From: Clostridia bacterium
GTDB taxonomy: Bacteria; Bacillota; Clostridia; Oscillospirales; CAG-382
Length of the DNA: 64,000 nucleotides
Assembly (NCBI GenBank): GCA_017396825.1
Contig: JAFQKR010000086.1
Location: 8,930 to 72,929, forward strand
Direction of reading: 5' to 3'
Positions 48,974 to 58,333 of the stretch are shown one piece after another. Both the position numbers and the translations under genes were made by a program. Within the stretch, counting starts at the first letter, position 1. Each line of letters starts with the position of its first letter. The notes under the pieces are model-generated. The model saw only the letters and a program-made list of their open reading frames with translations. It was not told where the DNA came from and did no database searches.

Positions 48974-50020
48974 TTAAAACAACATAGCAAACAGTTTAAC
49001 CATAAGGAAACCTAAAAGACCGCAACCCGGGAAGGTAAGTACCCAAGCGAGAACCATTTCCTTAACAACAGCCCAGTTGATGGCGGAAAGCCTTTTAGAA
49101 GCGCCAACACCCATTATGGCTGTGGTCTTGGTGTGTGTAGTGCTTACAGGGATACCCGTAACGCTTGCAAGAAGCAGGCAGAAGGCGCCGCCCATATCAG
49201 CCGCAAAGCCCTGATAGGTCTCAAGCTTCACCATGTCCATGACAACGGATTTAATTATCTTGTAGCCGCCTATGGAGGTGCCCAACGCCATAACAACGGA
49301 ACAAAGGATCATAAGCCATATCGGAATAACGAATTCCGTTGTATTCATATTGTTTTGAGCCATGGTTATGCCAAGAAGGAAAACCCCCATGAACTTTTGG
49401 CCATCCTGTGCACCGTGCATAAACGCCATGGAAGCACCGCCTGCAATTTGGGCGCCCCTGAAAAACTTAACGGTTTTTATTCTGTCCATTCGCTTACAGA
49501 ACAACTCTATAAGCTTAGTCATGGCAAAGCCGCTGCCAAATCCTAACACGCTGGAAAGACCTAAACCGTAAATTACCTTTATCCATTCAGCACCGTTAAC
49601 ACCGTCAAAACTGCCGTGTAAGGCTATAGCAGCACCCGTAAGACCCGCGATAAGAGCGTGACTTTCGCTGGTGGGAATGCCAAAGGCCCAAGCAGCGGTA
49701 GCCCATACTACTATGGCAAATAACGCCGCGCAAAGCGCCGTGGTTGCTTCTCCTGCATTGTCGCCGAAATCAACCATATTGCTTATGGTAGCGGCAACCT
49801 TGGAGTTAATTAGTGTCATAACGAACACGCCGAGGAAGTTGCACACGGCGGCCATAACGATAGCGGCCCTTGGCTTCATAGCTCTGGTTGATACGCAGGT
49901 GGCAATAGCGTTAGGCGCATCTGTCCATCCGTTTACAAGTATAACTCCAAGAGTTAAAACTACTACTATAAGTATGGCAGGATCTTGCCACAATACGTTT
50001 ATAAAATCGGTAAGGCTCAT
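48974..50020 (-). CDS. pit: Inorganic phosphate transporter, PiT family
   Basis: 348 aa. PHO4-type GWTDAPNAIAT motif repeated in two halves. Confidence 0.85.
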   Translation of the reverse strand: MSLTDFINVLWQDPAILIVVVLTLGVILVNGWTDAPNAIATCVSTRAMKPRAAIVMAAVCNFLGVFVMTLINSKVAATISNMVDFGDNAGEATTALCAALFAIVVWATAAWAFGIPTSESHALIAGLTGAAIALHGSFDGVNGAEWIKVIYGLGLSSVLGFGSGFAMTKLIELFCKRMDRIKTVKFFRGAQIAGGASMAFMHGAQDGQKFMGVFLLGITMAQNNMNTTEFVIPIWLMILCSVVMALGTSIGGYKIIKSVVMDMVKLETYQGFAADMGGAFCLLLASVTGIPVSTTHTKTTAIMGVGASKRLSAINWAVVKEMVLAWVLTFPGCGLLGFLMVKLFAMLF

Positions 50021-50048
50021 CCGATTTCCTCCGTGATATAAAAGTTAA

Positions 50049-51380
50049 TTATTCTTCGTCCTCGTTCTCGTCCTTCGAAACCACTTTCTTCGTAACTCGA
50101 GCCAACTCCAAGCGATGGTTGTCAACCAATTCGCCGTTTATTATAAGAAACTCTGTTTCCAAAGTAAAGGTAGTACCGTCCTCGGGGATCGCGCCGTAAA
50201 GACCGAATGCGTAACCGCCAAGGGTATCGTATTCGTCAACGGGTAACTCCACGTTAAGCTCCTCGGCGATCTCGTCCAACATAACGCCGCCCTTGATCAT
50301 CCAGGTATCCTCTGCAATCTTTTCGATGTCGGGTCTTGCGCTTTCCTCGTCCGGATCATCGTCAAAGTCGCCCATTATTTGGCTAAGTAGGTCGGTCATG
50401 GTAACTATGCCCGCAACTCCGCCGTATTCGTCAAGAACAACGGCAAAGTGGTTGCGTATTTTTTTCATTTGATTAAACAAAACGTCAGCCTTTATGCTTT
50501 CGGGCACAAAATGCGCGGGACGCACAGCCTTTTTCATAACAAGCGCTTTGTTGGTTTTATCTTTTATTGCAAAATAATCCTTGGCGCAAAGCACGCCCTT
50601 TATTTCGTCAACCGTTTCACCGCATACAGGGTAATAGGAAAAACGATTTTCAATAATGGTTTTTTCCCAAATATCCATTCCGTCCTCTTCCCAAAGGAAG
50701 GCAACGTCGGTGCGGTGAGTTGCAAACTCGCCAACGGGCAAGTCGTCAAACTCAAACAGGTTGTGTATAATTTCTTTCTCTTCGTCGTCGATAATACCCA
50801 TACGGGTACTTTCGTCAACCATAAGCTTAATATCGTCCTCGCTTGCGGCCTCCTCAGCCTCCTTGGGGTCGATGCCCAAAAGACGAAGGGTACCGTTGGT
50901 GGAAACGGTGAGAAGCCACACTATGGGAGCCGTTACAGTAGCAACAAACTTCAAAAGACCGGATAGCCCAAGAGCCATCTTTTCGGCTTTTTTCATAGCT
51001 ATGCGCTTAGGTACAAGTTCACCGAATACGAGTGTAACGTATGAAAGTAATATGGTTATAACTACAACCGCAAGGGTGCTGCCCACGTTTGCGGGAACAC
51101 CTATCTTTTCAAATAGCGGAACGAGATACACCGCGAAGTTGTTAGCGGCAAACGCACTCCCCAAAAAGCCTGCCAAGGTTATAGCAACCTGAATGGTGGC
51201 AAGGAACTTGGAAGAGTTATCCGTTATTTTCTCAAGCCTTGCGGCACGTTTATCGCCCTTTTCTTTAAGTTGGGCAATTTTTGCATCGTTAACGGAAAGC
51301 ACCGCTATCTCAGCACAGGCAAAAACCGCATTAAGCGATATCATAACAATTTGAAAAATAATCGGGCCTATAATGTCCAT
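50049..51380 (-). CDS. CNNM/CorC-type hemolysin-family protein (DUF21 + CBS pair + CorC_HlyC)
   Basis: N-terminal DUF21 TM domain, tandem CBS, C-terminal transporter-associated domain. Confidence 0.85.
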   Translation of the reverse strand: MDIIGPIIFQIVMISLNAVFACAEIAVLSVNDAKIAQLKEKGDKRAARLEKITDNSSKFLATIQVAITLAGFLGSAFAANNFAVYLVPLFEKIGVPANVGSTLAVVVITILLSYVTLVFGELVPKRIAMKKAEKMALGLSGLLKFVATVTAPIVWLLTVSTNGTLRLLGIDPKEAEEAASEDDIKLMVDESTRMGIIDDEEKEIIHNLFEFDDLPVGEFATHRTDVAFLWEEDGMDIWEKTIIENRFSYYPVCGETVDEIKGVLCAKDYFAIKDKTNKALVMKKAVRPAHFVPESIKADVLFNQMKKIRNHFAVVLDEYGGVAGIVTMTDLLSQIMGDFDDDPDEESARPDIEKIAEDTWMIKGGVMLDEIAEELNVELPVDEYDTLGGYAFGLYGAIPEDGTTFTLETEFLIINGELVDNHRLELARVTKKVVSKDENEDEE

Positions 51381-51784
51381 GATATAAGTAAATATCCTCC
51401 GTAATATAATGTTATATATAAAATATAAATTAACCTAAGATTAAAGCGCTCACCGCGCTGTGGTATCAATCATAGGCACGAAGGATGGGCGTGAGTATCA
51501 AAAGCCCTTTGTTAAGTTGCTTAGCCGTGTTAAACGGAAGCGCAAAACTAAAATTGCATAAGTTGCCCGCCCCGGGGTCGCTGTCGCTCATAAACCAAAT
51601 TTCTCCTTTTCAATTAATATTCAGTGGAATTCTACATCACAGTTATATATGTCTTGTTAACAATTTATTTCTGATATATGAATTTTACGTTTTTTTACCA
51701 GGCAACGCTTGTAAGTTAAATAATGGTAAAAAAATGTTGACATTTCGGTATAAATATGATATATAGAATATATAATAAAATGAA

Positions 51785-51900
51785 ACAAAGCGGTGTTACC
51801 GCTGTTATGGGGGAGTAATTCCACACTGCGTGTGGGGCAGGTCAACAACAAGGCGTTTTTCGCCTGGTCTGTCATTAAAGGATGAGACTCATATACAGTA
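51785..51900 (+). promoter_or_regulatory. Candidate yybP-ykoY (Mn2+) riboswitch in the leader of a P-type ATPase gene
   Basis: UAUGGGGGAGUAAUUCC...GGUCAACAAC...GGUCUGUCAUUAAAGGAUGAGACUCAU resembles the conserved GGGGAGUA / GUCAACA / GAGAC cores of the motif as recalled from memory. The genomic context (cation P-type ATPase) fits. Confidence 0.45.
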
Positions 51901-51936
51901 ATGTATATGGGCTTTGTTTGTTTTCAGGAGGTTTTT

Positions 51937-54576
51937 ATGAAAGAGTATCTAAAGGATGTCTCACTGGTGATGGACGAATGCAGTACCGGTGACGAGGGTC
52001 TCACCAAGGCGGAGGCGGAAAAGCGTCTGGCTGAAAACGGCCCAAATAAACTGAGAGAGGCGAAGAAGGTTTCTGTTATTCGCCGTTTTCTCGGTGAACT
52101 TGCAGACCCAATGATAATAATTCTCATTATAGCTGCCGCAATATCAGGTGTTATGGCCGTGATTGAGGGTGGCGAGGGCTTTGCCGATGTTATTATTATC
52201 ATGGCGGTTGTTCTTATCAACGCGGTTTTGGGTGTAGTGCAGGAAAGTAAGGCGGAGGCGGCGATAGCGGCTCTGCAGGAAATAGCGGCGGCTACCTCCA
52301 AGGTTCTTCGCGACGGTCATGTGGTTACAATCAAGAGCGAGGAACTTGTAAAGGGCGACGTAATCGTTCTTGAGGCGGGTGACTCCGTTCCTGCGGATGC
52401 ACGTATTATAGAATGTGCAAGCCTTAAAATAGAGGAAGCGGCGCTCACCGGTGAGTCTGTGCCTGTAACTAAGCAGGTGGAAACACTTGAGTTGGGGAAT
52501 GCGGCGGATATTCCCTTGGGTGACCGTAAAAATATGATGTATATGGGCAGTACCGTGGTTTACGGCAGAGGCAAGGCCGTTGTCGTTGCTACGGGTATGG
52601 ATACCGAGATGGGTAAGATAGCCGATGCCCTTTCTACCGCTGAGGACGAAGAAACTCCTTTGCAAAAGAAACTTAATCAGCTTAGCAAGGTGCTTACCGT
52701 TCTTGTTATCGCAATTTGTGTAGTTATATTCGGTATTCAGCTTCTCCGCGCAAGCACTATAAACGGCACCGTGGTTATGGATACCTTTATGGTTGCGGTA
52801 AGCCTTGCCGTTGCGGCTATTCCCGAAGGGCTTGCTGCGGTAGTTACCATCGTGCTTGCTATCGGCGTAACCAATATGTCTAAGCGCAAAGCGGTTATCC
52901 GCAAGCTGACCGCGGTTGAGACTCTTGGCTGTACCCAGATAATCTGTTCCGATAAAACCGGTACTCTTACTCAGAACAAAATGACCGTTGTAGAGGTTTA
53001 TGCCGAGGATGAGGCGCTGCTTACCAACGCAATGTCTCTCTGCAGTGACGCTACTCAGGGCGAGGACGGGGAAGCGGTAGGTGAGCCTACCGAGTGTGCT
53101 CTCGTAAATGCCGCCGCCAAGGCCGGTCTTGGTAAGACCGAGCAGTCTGCGCTGTTCCCCCGAATAGGTGAGGCTCCCTTTGATTCTATGCGTAAGATGA
53201 TGTCCACTGTTCACAAAGCTCCCGACGGCACCATCGTTCAATATACCAAGGGCGCTCCCGATGAGGTCCTTAAAAAGTGCACCAAGGCATATATCGGCGG
53301 CAAGATGATACCCCTTACCGACGCTGTTAAGGAGGCTATCCTCGGCGCAAATAAATCGATGGCAGATCAGGCGCTTCGCGTGCTTTGCGCCGCAATGCGT
53401 GTTTGGAAAGAGGCTCCTGCTTCTTTCGAGCCGGAATATCTTGAGGCTGACCTTTGCTATATAGGCCTTAGCGGTATGATAGACCCCATTCGTCCCGAAG
53501 TTAAGGACGCTATTGTTAAGTGCGGCGAAGCAGGTATTCGTCCTATTATGATAACAGGCGACCACAGAGATACTGCCGTTGCCATAGCAAAGCAGCTTGG
53601 TATACTCACCGACGGGGCAGCCGCTATAACGGGTGCCGAGCTTAACGAGCTTTCTGACGAATACCTTTCTGAGCATATCGGTGACTATTCCGTTTACGCT
53701 CGTGTTCAGCCCGAGCATAAGGTTCGTATAGTGAACGCGTGGAAAGCTAAAGGGAAGATAACGGCAATGACGGGCGACGGTGTAAACGACGCTCCCTCCA
53801 TAAAGAGCGCAGATATCGGCGTTGGCATGGGTATTACCGGTACCGACGTTACTAAAAACGTTGCCGATATGGTGCTTGCAGACGACAACTTTGCAACCAT
53901 AGTTTCCGCAGTAGAAGAAGGACGCCGTATATACGACAATATAAGGAAGGCTATACAGTATCTTCTTTCCTCTAACCTTGCCGAGGTGTTTGCTATATTC
54001 GTAGCAACCCTTATAGGCTTTACCGTGTTGGAGGCTCCTCATCTTCTTTGGATAAACCTTGTAACCGACTCCATCCCCGCCCTCGCTTTAGGTATGGAGC
54101 ATGCAGAGGGCGACGTTATGCGCCGTAAGCCCAGAAACGCAAAGGACGGTATGTTTGCCGGCGGCATGGGCTTTGACGTGGTGTTCCAAGGCGTAATAGT
54201 TGCTGCACTTACCCTTACCTCTTTCTTCATAGGTCACTACATTCAGTTTGGCAACTGGAATATCGGTAACAGCGAGGTTGGCACTACAATGGCATTCCTC
54301 ACCTTGTCTATGGTAGAGATAATCCATTCCTTTAATATGCGTTCACGCAGAAAGAGCGTGTTCAGTCTTAAGACACATAACAAGGTGCTTTGGGGCGCAA
54401 TGGCTCTCTCCCTTGTTTTAACTACTCTTGTTGCTTTCGTTCCCTTCCTTCAGGACGCCTTCGGCTTCTACGATGGCCTTACCTTTGCGGAATACGGTAT
54501 AGCTCTTGCAATATCCTTCGCTATCCTTCCCATTATCGAGGTAACAAAGTTTGTTCAGCGCAAGCTGGGTAAATAA
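51937..54576 (+). CDS. P-type cation-transporting ATPase (P2-type; Ca2+/Mn2+ exporter-like)
   Basis: DKTGTLT, TGDGVNDAP, 10 TM. ATG 51937 after AGGAGG, and the track start is an extension. Confidence 0.85.
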   Translation: MKEYLKDVSLVMDECSTGDEGLTKAEAEKRLAENGPNKLREAKKVSVIRRFLGELADPMIIILIIAAAISGVMAVIEGGEGFADVIIIMAVVLINAVLGVVQESKAEAAIAALQEIAAATSKVLRDGHVVTIKSEELVKGDVIVLEAGDSVPADARIIECASLKIEEAALTGESVPVTKQVETLELGNAADIPLGDRKNMMYMGSTVVYGRGKAVVVATGMDTEMGKIADALSTAEDEETPLQKKLNQLSKVLTVLVIAICVVIFGIQLLRASTINGTVVMDTFMVAVSLAVAAIPEGLAAVVTIVLAIGVTNMSKRKAVIRKLTAVETLGCTQIICSDKTGTLTQNKMTVVEVYAEDEALLTNAMSLCSDATQGEDGEAVGEPTECALVNAAAKAGLGKTEQSALFPRIGEAPFDSMRKMMSTVHKAPDGTIVQYTKGAPDEVLKKCTKAYIGGKMIPLTDAVKEAILGANKSMADQALRVLCAAMRVWKEAPASFEPEYLEADLCYIGLSGMIDPIRPEVKDAIVKCGEAGIRPIMITGDHRDTAVAIAKQLGILTDGAAAITGAELNELSDEYLSEHIGDYSVYARVQPEHKVRIVNAWKAKGKITAMTGDGVNDAPSIKSADIGVGMGITGTDVTKNVADMVLADDNFATIVSAVEEGRRIYDNIRKAIQYLLSSNLAEVFAIFVATLIGFTVLEAPHLLWINLVTDSIPALALGMEHAEGDVMRRKPRNAKDGMFAGGMGFDVVFQGVIVAALTLTSFFIGHYIQFGNWNIGNSEVGTTMAFLTLSMVEIIHSFNMRSRRKSVFSLKTHNKVLWGAMALSLVLTTLVAFVPFLQDAFGFYDGLTFAEYGIALAISFAILPIIEVTKFVQRKLGK

Positions 54577-54589
54577 CCGAAAACAAATA

Positions 54590-54617
54590 AAGCCTTGAGC
54601 ATTTATGCTCAAGGCTT
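54590..54617. repeat. 28-nt palindromic hairpin AAGCCTTGAGCAT-tt-ATGCTCAAGGCTT, copy 1
   Basis: Identical to copy 2 at 54842..54869. Followed by a U-tract on the minus strand. Confidence 0.8.
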
Positions 54618-54674
54618 CAGACCGCTGACAAAGGCACAGAACACGAAAAAAGAAAATATAGTTACCATAAAGTG

Positions 54675-54707
54675 AAAAATTTCGGGGAAAATTTCCCCGA
54701 AATTTTT
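54675..54707. repeat. A/T-flanked palindrome AAAAATTTCGGGG-aaaattt-CCCCGAAATTTTT
   Basis: 13-bp stem. Bidirectional terminator-like hairpin inside the non-coding island. Confidence 0.6.
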
Positions 54708-54810
54708 ATATATTTTTATATTTTTTCGCTCAAAACGAACCTCTGCTCACAGTACTCAGTACAGCTTTCGCCTCGGTTCGTCTTGTCTGCACTCTTTCTC
54801 AGCAGTCTGC

Positions 54811-54869
54811 CAAGCTGATGACAAGGTTTGTCATCAGCTTGAAGCCTTGAGCATTTATGCTCAAGGCTT
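54811..54869 (+). terminator. Tandem hairpins (CAAGCTGATGACAA-ggt-TTGTCATCAGCTTG, then copy 2 of the 28-nt palindrome) followed by a U-tract
   Basis: Two back-to-back perfect stems, then TATCTTTGTTATTTG. A strong plus-strand terminator. Confidence 0.7.
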
Positions 54870-54877
54870 TATCTTTG

Positions 54878-55264
54878 TTATTTGAATTCATACAGCGTGG
54901 CATTTTTGCCGCTTTCAAGGGCCGAAAACTCTTCTCCAAACTGCAAAACACCCTCGTAACTTGCGGTGTTGTAAAAATTCTCACAGTCGGAAACGGTCTT
55001 AAATAAGGTATTGAAAATTTGGTATTCAAAGGTAAGGCACGGTCCCTTTTGCCCGGTGACCTTAAGTGGAAAACTGCCGTGGGAGGCGGTAACCGTTGCA
55101 CACCAGGTAAACCCGCGTTTTTTTCTTCCAAGCCGTATAAGCAGTTTCCCTAAACGCAAGAAATCATTCTTGGCTGCTTTTACGATGATCTCGGTAGGGA
55201 AGCAGCTGTAAAAATAAAAGCCGGTCTTGTCGTCCGTTTGTGTTATGCGTATAAGGCTTTCCAT
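54878..55264 (-). CDS. Hypothetical protein translationally coupled to murC
   Basis: 128 aa, no recognizable motif. ATG 2 nt after the murC stop. Confidence 0.4.
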   Translation of the reverse strand: MESLIRITQTDDKTGFYFYSCFPTEIIVKAAKNDFLRLGKLLIRLGRKKRGFTWCATVTASHGSFPLKVTGQKGPCLTFEYQIFNTLFKTVSDCENFYNTASYEGVLQFGEEFSALESGKNATLYEFK

Positions 55265-55266
55265 GT

Positions 55267-56625
55267 TTAAAATAGAAGCTTTTCCGCTTTATAAATGTCC
55301 CCTGCGCCCATAAACAGCACAAGGTCGCCCTCAGTGGCGTTTTCTTTTATGTAATCACAAATCTTTTCAAAACTGTCAAGATACACACCGTTTTTTACGG
55401 AACGCGCAAGCATTTCAGAACTTACGCCGTAAACGTTTTCCTCTCTTGCAGCAAAAACGTCGGCAAATACCTTTATGTCAGCATCCTCAAAAGCCTCAGC
55501 AAAATCATCGAAAAGAGCATGAAGCCTTGAGAATGTGTGGGGCTGAAAAACGGAAATGATGCGATTTACGTCCATGTTTCGTGTTGCCGCAAGGGTTGCC
55601 CTTATTTCGTCGGGGTGGTGGGCGTAGTCATCGTAAACAAGGGCACCGTTCACTTTACCCTTGTACTCAAATCGCCTGCCAACGCCTCGGAAATCCTTAA
55701 GACCCTTGATTATAGCCTCGTCGGGCACCTTCGACATAAAGGCTGCCGCAACTGCAGCCAAGGAGTTGGATATGTTGTGCTCGCCGGGGATGGATAACTC
55801 TGCCCTGAAGACCTCGCGCCCCTTGAAAACCAAGGTGTAGGATGGAAGTCCGTGGTCAAATCGAATGTCCTTTGCGTAAAAATCTGCCTTTTCGTCTGTT
55901 ATGGAGTAGGTGTAAAACTTTCGTTTATAGCCCTCCATACATTCGATGGCGTGCACGCTGTCCTTGTTTACTATAACGCATCCACGCTCTGCGGTGTTGT
56001 TTATAAAGCGTTGGAAAGAGTTTTCCATCTCCTCCAACGAGTGAAAATAGTCTATGTGGTCAAGCTCCACGTTGAGCACTACGGAAACGGTTGGGAAAAA
56101 CTTTAGGAAAGCATCCTTATATTCACAGGCCTCAAAAACAAAGTTGCCGTCGTGACCCGTGCGGAAGGTAGAGTGTATACAAGGAAGCTTTGCGCCTATA
56201 AGTATGGACGGGTCAGCCTCCTTGAAGGATAAAAATATCTGTGAAAGTATCCCGCAGGTGGTAGATTTACCGTGAGTACCTGCAACGGCTATGGAATTTG
56301 GATATTCCTTAGCTATGGCACCCAAAAGTTCCGCCCTGCTGATGGCGGGTATGCCTGCCTCGTTTATGTATTTCATTTCGGGGTTGTCTGCGGCTATGGC
56401 GGCGGTGAATACCGCGATATCACAGCCCTTACAGTTGTTTTCGGTAGTTTCGTAGTAAACGGTTATTCCTTCCGCTTCAAGGCTTTGGGTAGCGTCGCTT
56501 TTAACGCGGTCGTAGCCCTTAACCTCTTTACCGCTTCTTTTAAGTATCAAAGCCAACGAGGACATGCTGATGCCCCCGATGCCCACGAAGTAGTAGCTGT
56601 TATAATCGTTTATGTTAAACTGCAA
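55267..56625 (-). CDS. murC: UDP-N-acetylmuramate--L-alanine ligase
   Basis: GIGGISMS, GTHGKSTT. TTG start after GAGGTG. Confidence 0.9.
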   Translation of the reverse strand: MQFNINDYNSYYFVGIGGISMSSLALILKRSGKEVKGYDRVKSDATQSLEAEGITVYYETTENNCKGCDIAVFTAAIAADNPEMKYINEAGIPAISRAELLGAIAKEYPNSIAVAGTHGKSTTCGILSQIFLSFKEADPSILIGAKLPCIHSTFRTGHDGNFVFEACEYKDAFLKFFPTVSVVLNVELDHIDYFHSLEEMENSFQRFINNTAERGCVIVNKDSVHAIECMEGYKRKFYTYSITDEKADFYAKDIRFDHGLPSYTLVFKGREVFRAELSIPGEHNISNSLAAVAAAFMSKVPDEAIIKGLKDFRGVGRRFEYKGKVNGALVYDDYAHHPDEIRATLAATRNMDVNRIISVFQPHTFSRLHALFDDFAEAFEDADIKVFADVFAAREENVYGVSSEMLARSVKNGVYLDSFEKICDYIKENATEGDLVLFMGAGDIYKAEKLLF

Positions 56626-56749
56626 CTTGTAAACACCTCAATCAAAGTTAAATCAAAAAATTCCTAACTAATAATAACATATAATTTTCCAAAATAAAAG
56701 AGGAAATTTTGGATATACTTGTAATATATTAAAAAAACAGGTGAAAAAC

Positions 56750-57004
56750 ATGGAAATTACCGATGTTATAGTAAGAAAATATTTTTCCTCAGGCCCTCTT
56801 TACGCCGTAGTAACCGTCATCCTTGACGGGGTTTTGGCGGTCCACGACATAAAAGCGGCAAAAAAACCCAACGGTGCCCTTATAGCCGTAATGCCTGTAA
56901 GGACCGACTCCTTTGGCAGAAACCGTGATATAGTGCATCCCGTAGATGACGGCTTTAGAAGAAGCCTTGAACGGGAAATAGCAAAAAAACTTGACATTCG
57001 GTAG
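56750..57004 (+). CDS. spoVG: Septation protein SpoVG
   Basis: MEITDVIVRKY...VHDIKAAKKPNGALIAVMP...RDIVHPVD... is collinear with B. subtilis SpoVG. ATG 56750 after AGGTGA. Confidence 0.85.
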   Translation: MEITDVIVRKYFSSGPLYAVVTVILDGVLAVHDIKAAKKPNGALIAVMPVRTDSFGRNRDIVHPVDDGFRRSLEREIAKKLDIR

Positions 57005-57034
57005 GGGCTGCAAAAGAATTTACAGCCCCTATTC

Positions 57035-57550
57035 TTACAGCTCTTTTTCGTATGCGGTATGCCCGTAGTCGCAAAGAGGGCAACGCTTTGGGGGAGTAGT
57101 ACCCATGTGTCGGTATCCGCAACGGGTGCAGCGCCAAACGCAGTCCTCTTGACTTTCGTACATTTTGCCGTTGTTTTTTTCTCTTTTGTATTTCATCAGC
57201 TGCTCACGGTGACCGCCCTCTGCCTTGCCGTTGGCGATAAAACGGTCAGCCAAAGCCTCATATCCCTCCATTTCCGCCATGGCGGCGTATTGGGGATATG
57301 TGGTCGCGGCTTGGGTGCCCTCGGAGGATATGCTGTTTTCCAACGTATCGCTTTCGTTTTGCTCGCCGTACCACAGTCTGGCGTGGCTAAGTTCTTCTTC
57401 TGACAGTCTGCGGTAAATCCTTGCAAGGTCGCCGTTGCCGTCGTTTTCTGCCTTTTCGCTGAGTATCATATATCTTACGTGGCCGGCGGCTTCATCGCCA
57501 AAGGCCTTTTTTATATTTGTAAAGCTTTCGCTTTTGCTGTTATAGTTCAT
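57035..57550 (-). CDS. Rubrerythrin-family protein (ferritin-like domain + C-terminal rubredoxin-like Cys4)
   Basis: E-x-x-H diiron motifs. C-terminal CTRCGY...CPLCD. Confidence 0.8.
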   Translation of the reverse strand: MNYNSKSESFTNIKKAFGDEAAGHVRYMILSEKAENDGNGDLARIYRRLSEEELSHARLWYGEQNESDTLENSISSEGTQAATTYPQYAAMAEMEGYEALADRFIANGKAEGGHREQLMKYKREKNNGKMYESQEDCVWRCTRCGYRHMGTTPPKRCPLCDYGHTAYEKEL

Positions 57551-57601
57551 AAACTGTCCCCTTCCTTCCTTGACAGTTTATGCAAGACACAGCACGTTTG
57601 A

Positions 57602-58174
57602 TTATCCGTTGTAGTCTTCCGAACTTATGCCGTAGTAGCTAAAGCTTTTGTATACTCCCTTTATGTAAAGTGCGTTCTTTAAGGTTCCCTCGTATTTCAT
57701 TCCTATATCCATCGCAAGCTTTTCGGAGGGAGTGTTTCCCACCAGTATTCTTGCTTCGATGCGGTTAAGTCCTAAAACATCAAAGCCTATGGAAAGCACT
57801 TTTTTTGCTGCCTCTCTCATATAGCCTTTGCCGCGATAACGATGTGAAAGGACGTAGCCTATTTCTCCTTTGTTGTTGTATATGTCCATAGAGGCAAAGC
57901 CGCAGGTGCCTATAAGTATACCGTTTTCCTTCAAGGAAACTCCCCAGTCGGTGCAACGTCCTTTTTTGTACTCTTTTTGCAAAAACTCAATGTGCCCCTT
58001 GGTTTCATCAAGGTTCAGGTGGGGAGACCATAGCAGATAACGTGAAACCTCGTCTTCTCTGGAGTAATCGTACATATCATATAAGTCTGCGGGGGTAATC
58101 TTTCGAAGTATAAGCCTTTCCGTTTCAAAGGAAGGCAGGTCAGTAAAAAGCCCACGGTATTTCCTATCGTCCAA
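57602..58174 (-). CDS. GNAT-family N-acetyltransferase (RimJ/RimL-like)
   Basis: Acetyl-CoA binding motif ...RYRGKGYMREA... A probable TTG start at 58174 after AGGAGG. Confidence 0.7.
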   Translation of the reverse strand: MDDRKYRGLFTDLPSFETERLILRKITPADLYDMYDYSREDEVSRYLLWSPHLNLDETKGHIEFLQKEYKKGRCTDWGVSLKENGILIGTCGFASMDIYNNKGEIGYVLSHRYRGKGYMREAAKKVLSIGFDVLGLNRIEARILVGNTPSEKLAMDIGMKYEGTLKNALYIKGVYKSFSYYGISSEDYNG

Positions 58175-58333
58175 GTTAATCACCTCCTTTACAGTATAAT
58201 ACTGTGTGGCGATAAATGCAACAACAGTCTTTATTAAAAATAAATAAAATACTTATTGACATAAATGGGTTTATGGTGTAAAATACTTTATGCGTGTAAA
58301 TATGGCATTTTATCTTTGGAGGTATTCATTCAC

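Noticed and set aside
51455-51740. SRP RNA, tmRNA, RNase P or M-box identity for the GC-rich island
   Set aside because: None of the conserved cores I can recall (SRP helix 8 GGAA tetraloop context, the tmRNA tag ORF, the RNase P GGAAAGUCC, or M-box blocks) are present. Left as an unassigned structured region.
52144-54042. 632-aa minus-strand ORF
   Set aside because: Antisense to the P-type ATPase, which carries the unambiguous DKTGTLT and TGDGVNDAP motifs.
54590-54869. The twin 28-nt palindromes as a CRISPR-like repeat
   Set aside because: Only two copies exist, the repeats are themselves perfect hairpins, and the intervening 224 bp is far longer than a spacer. They are better explained as terminators or a miniature element.
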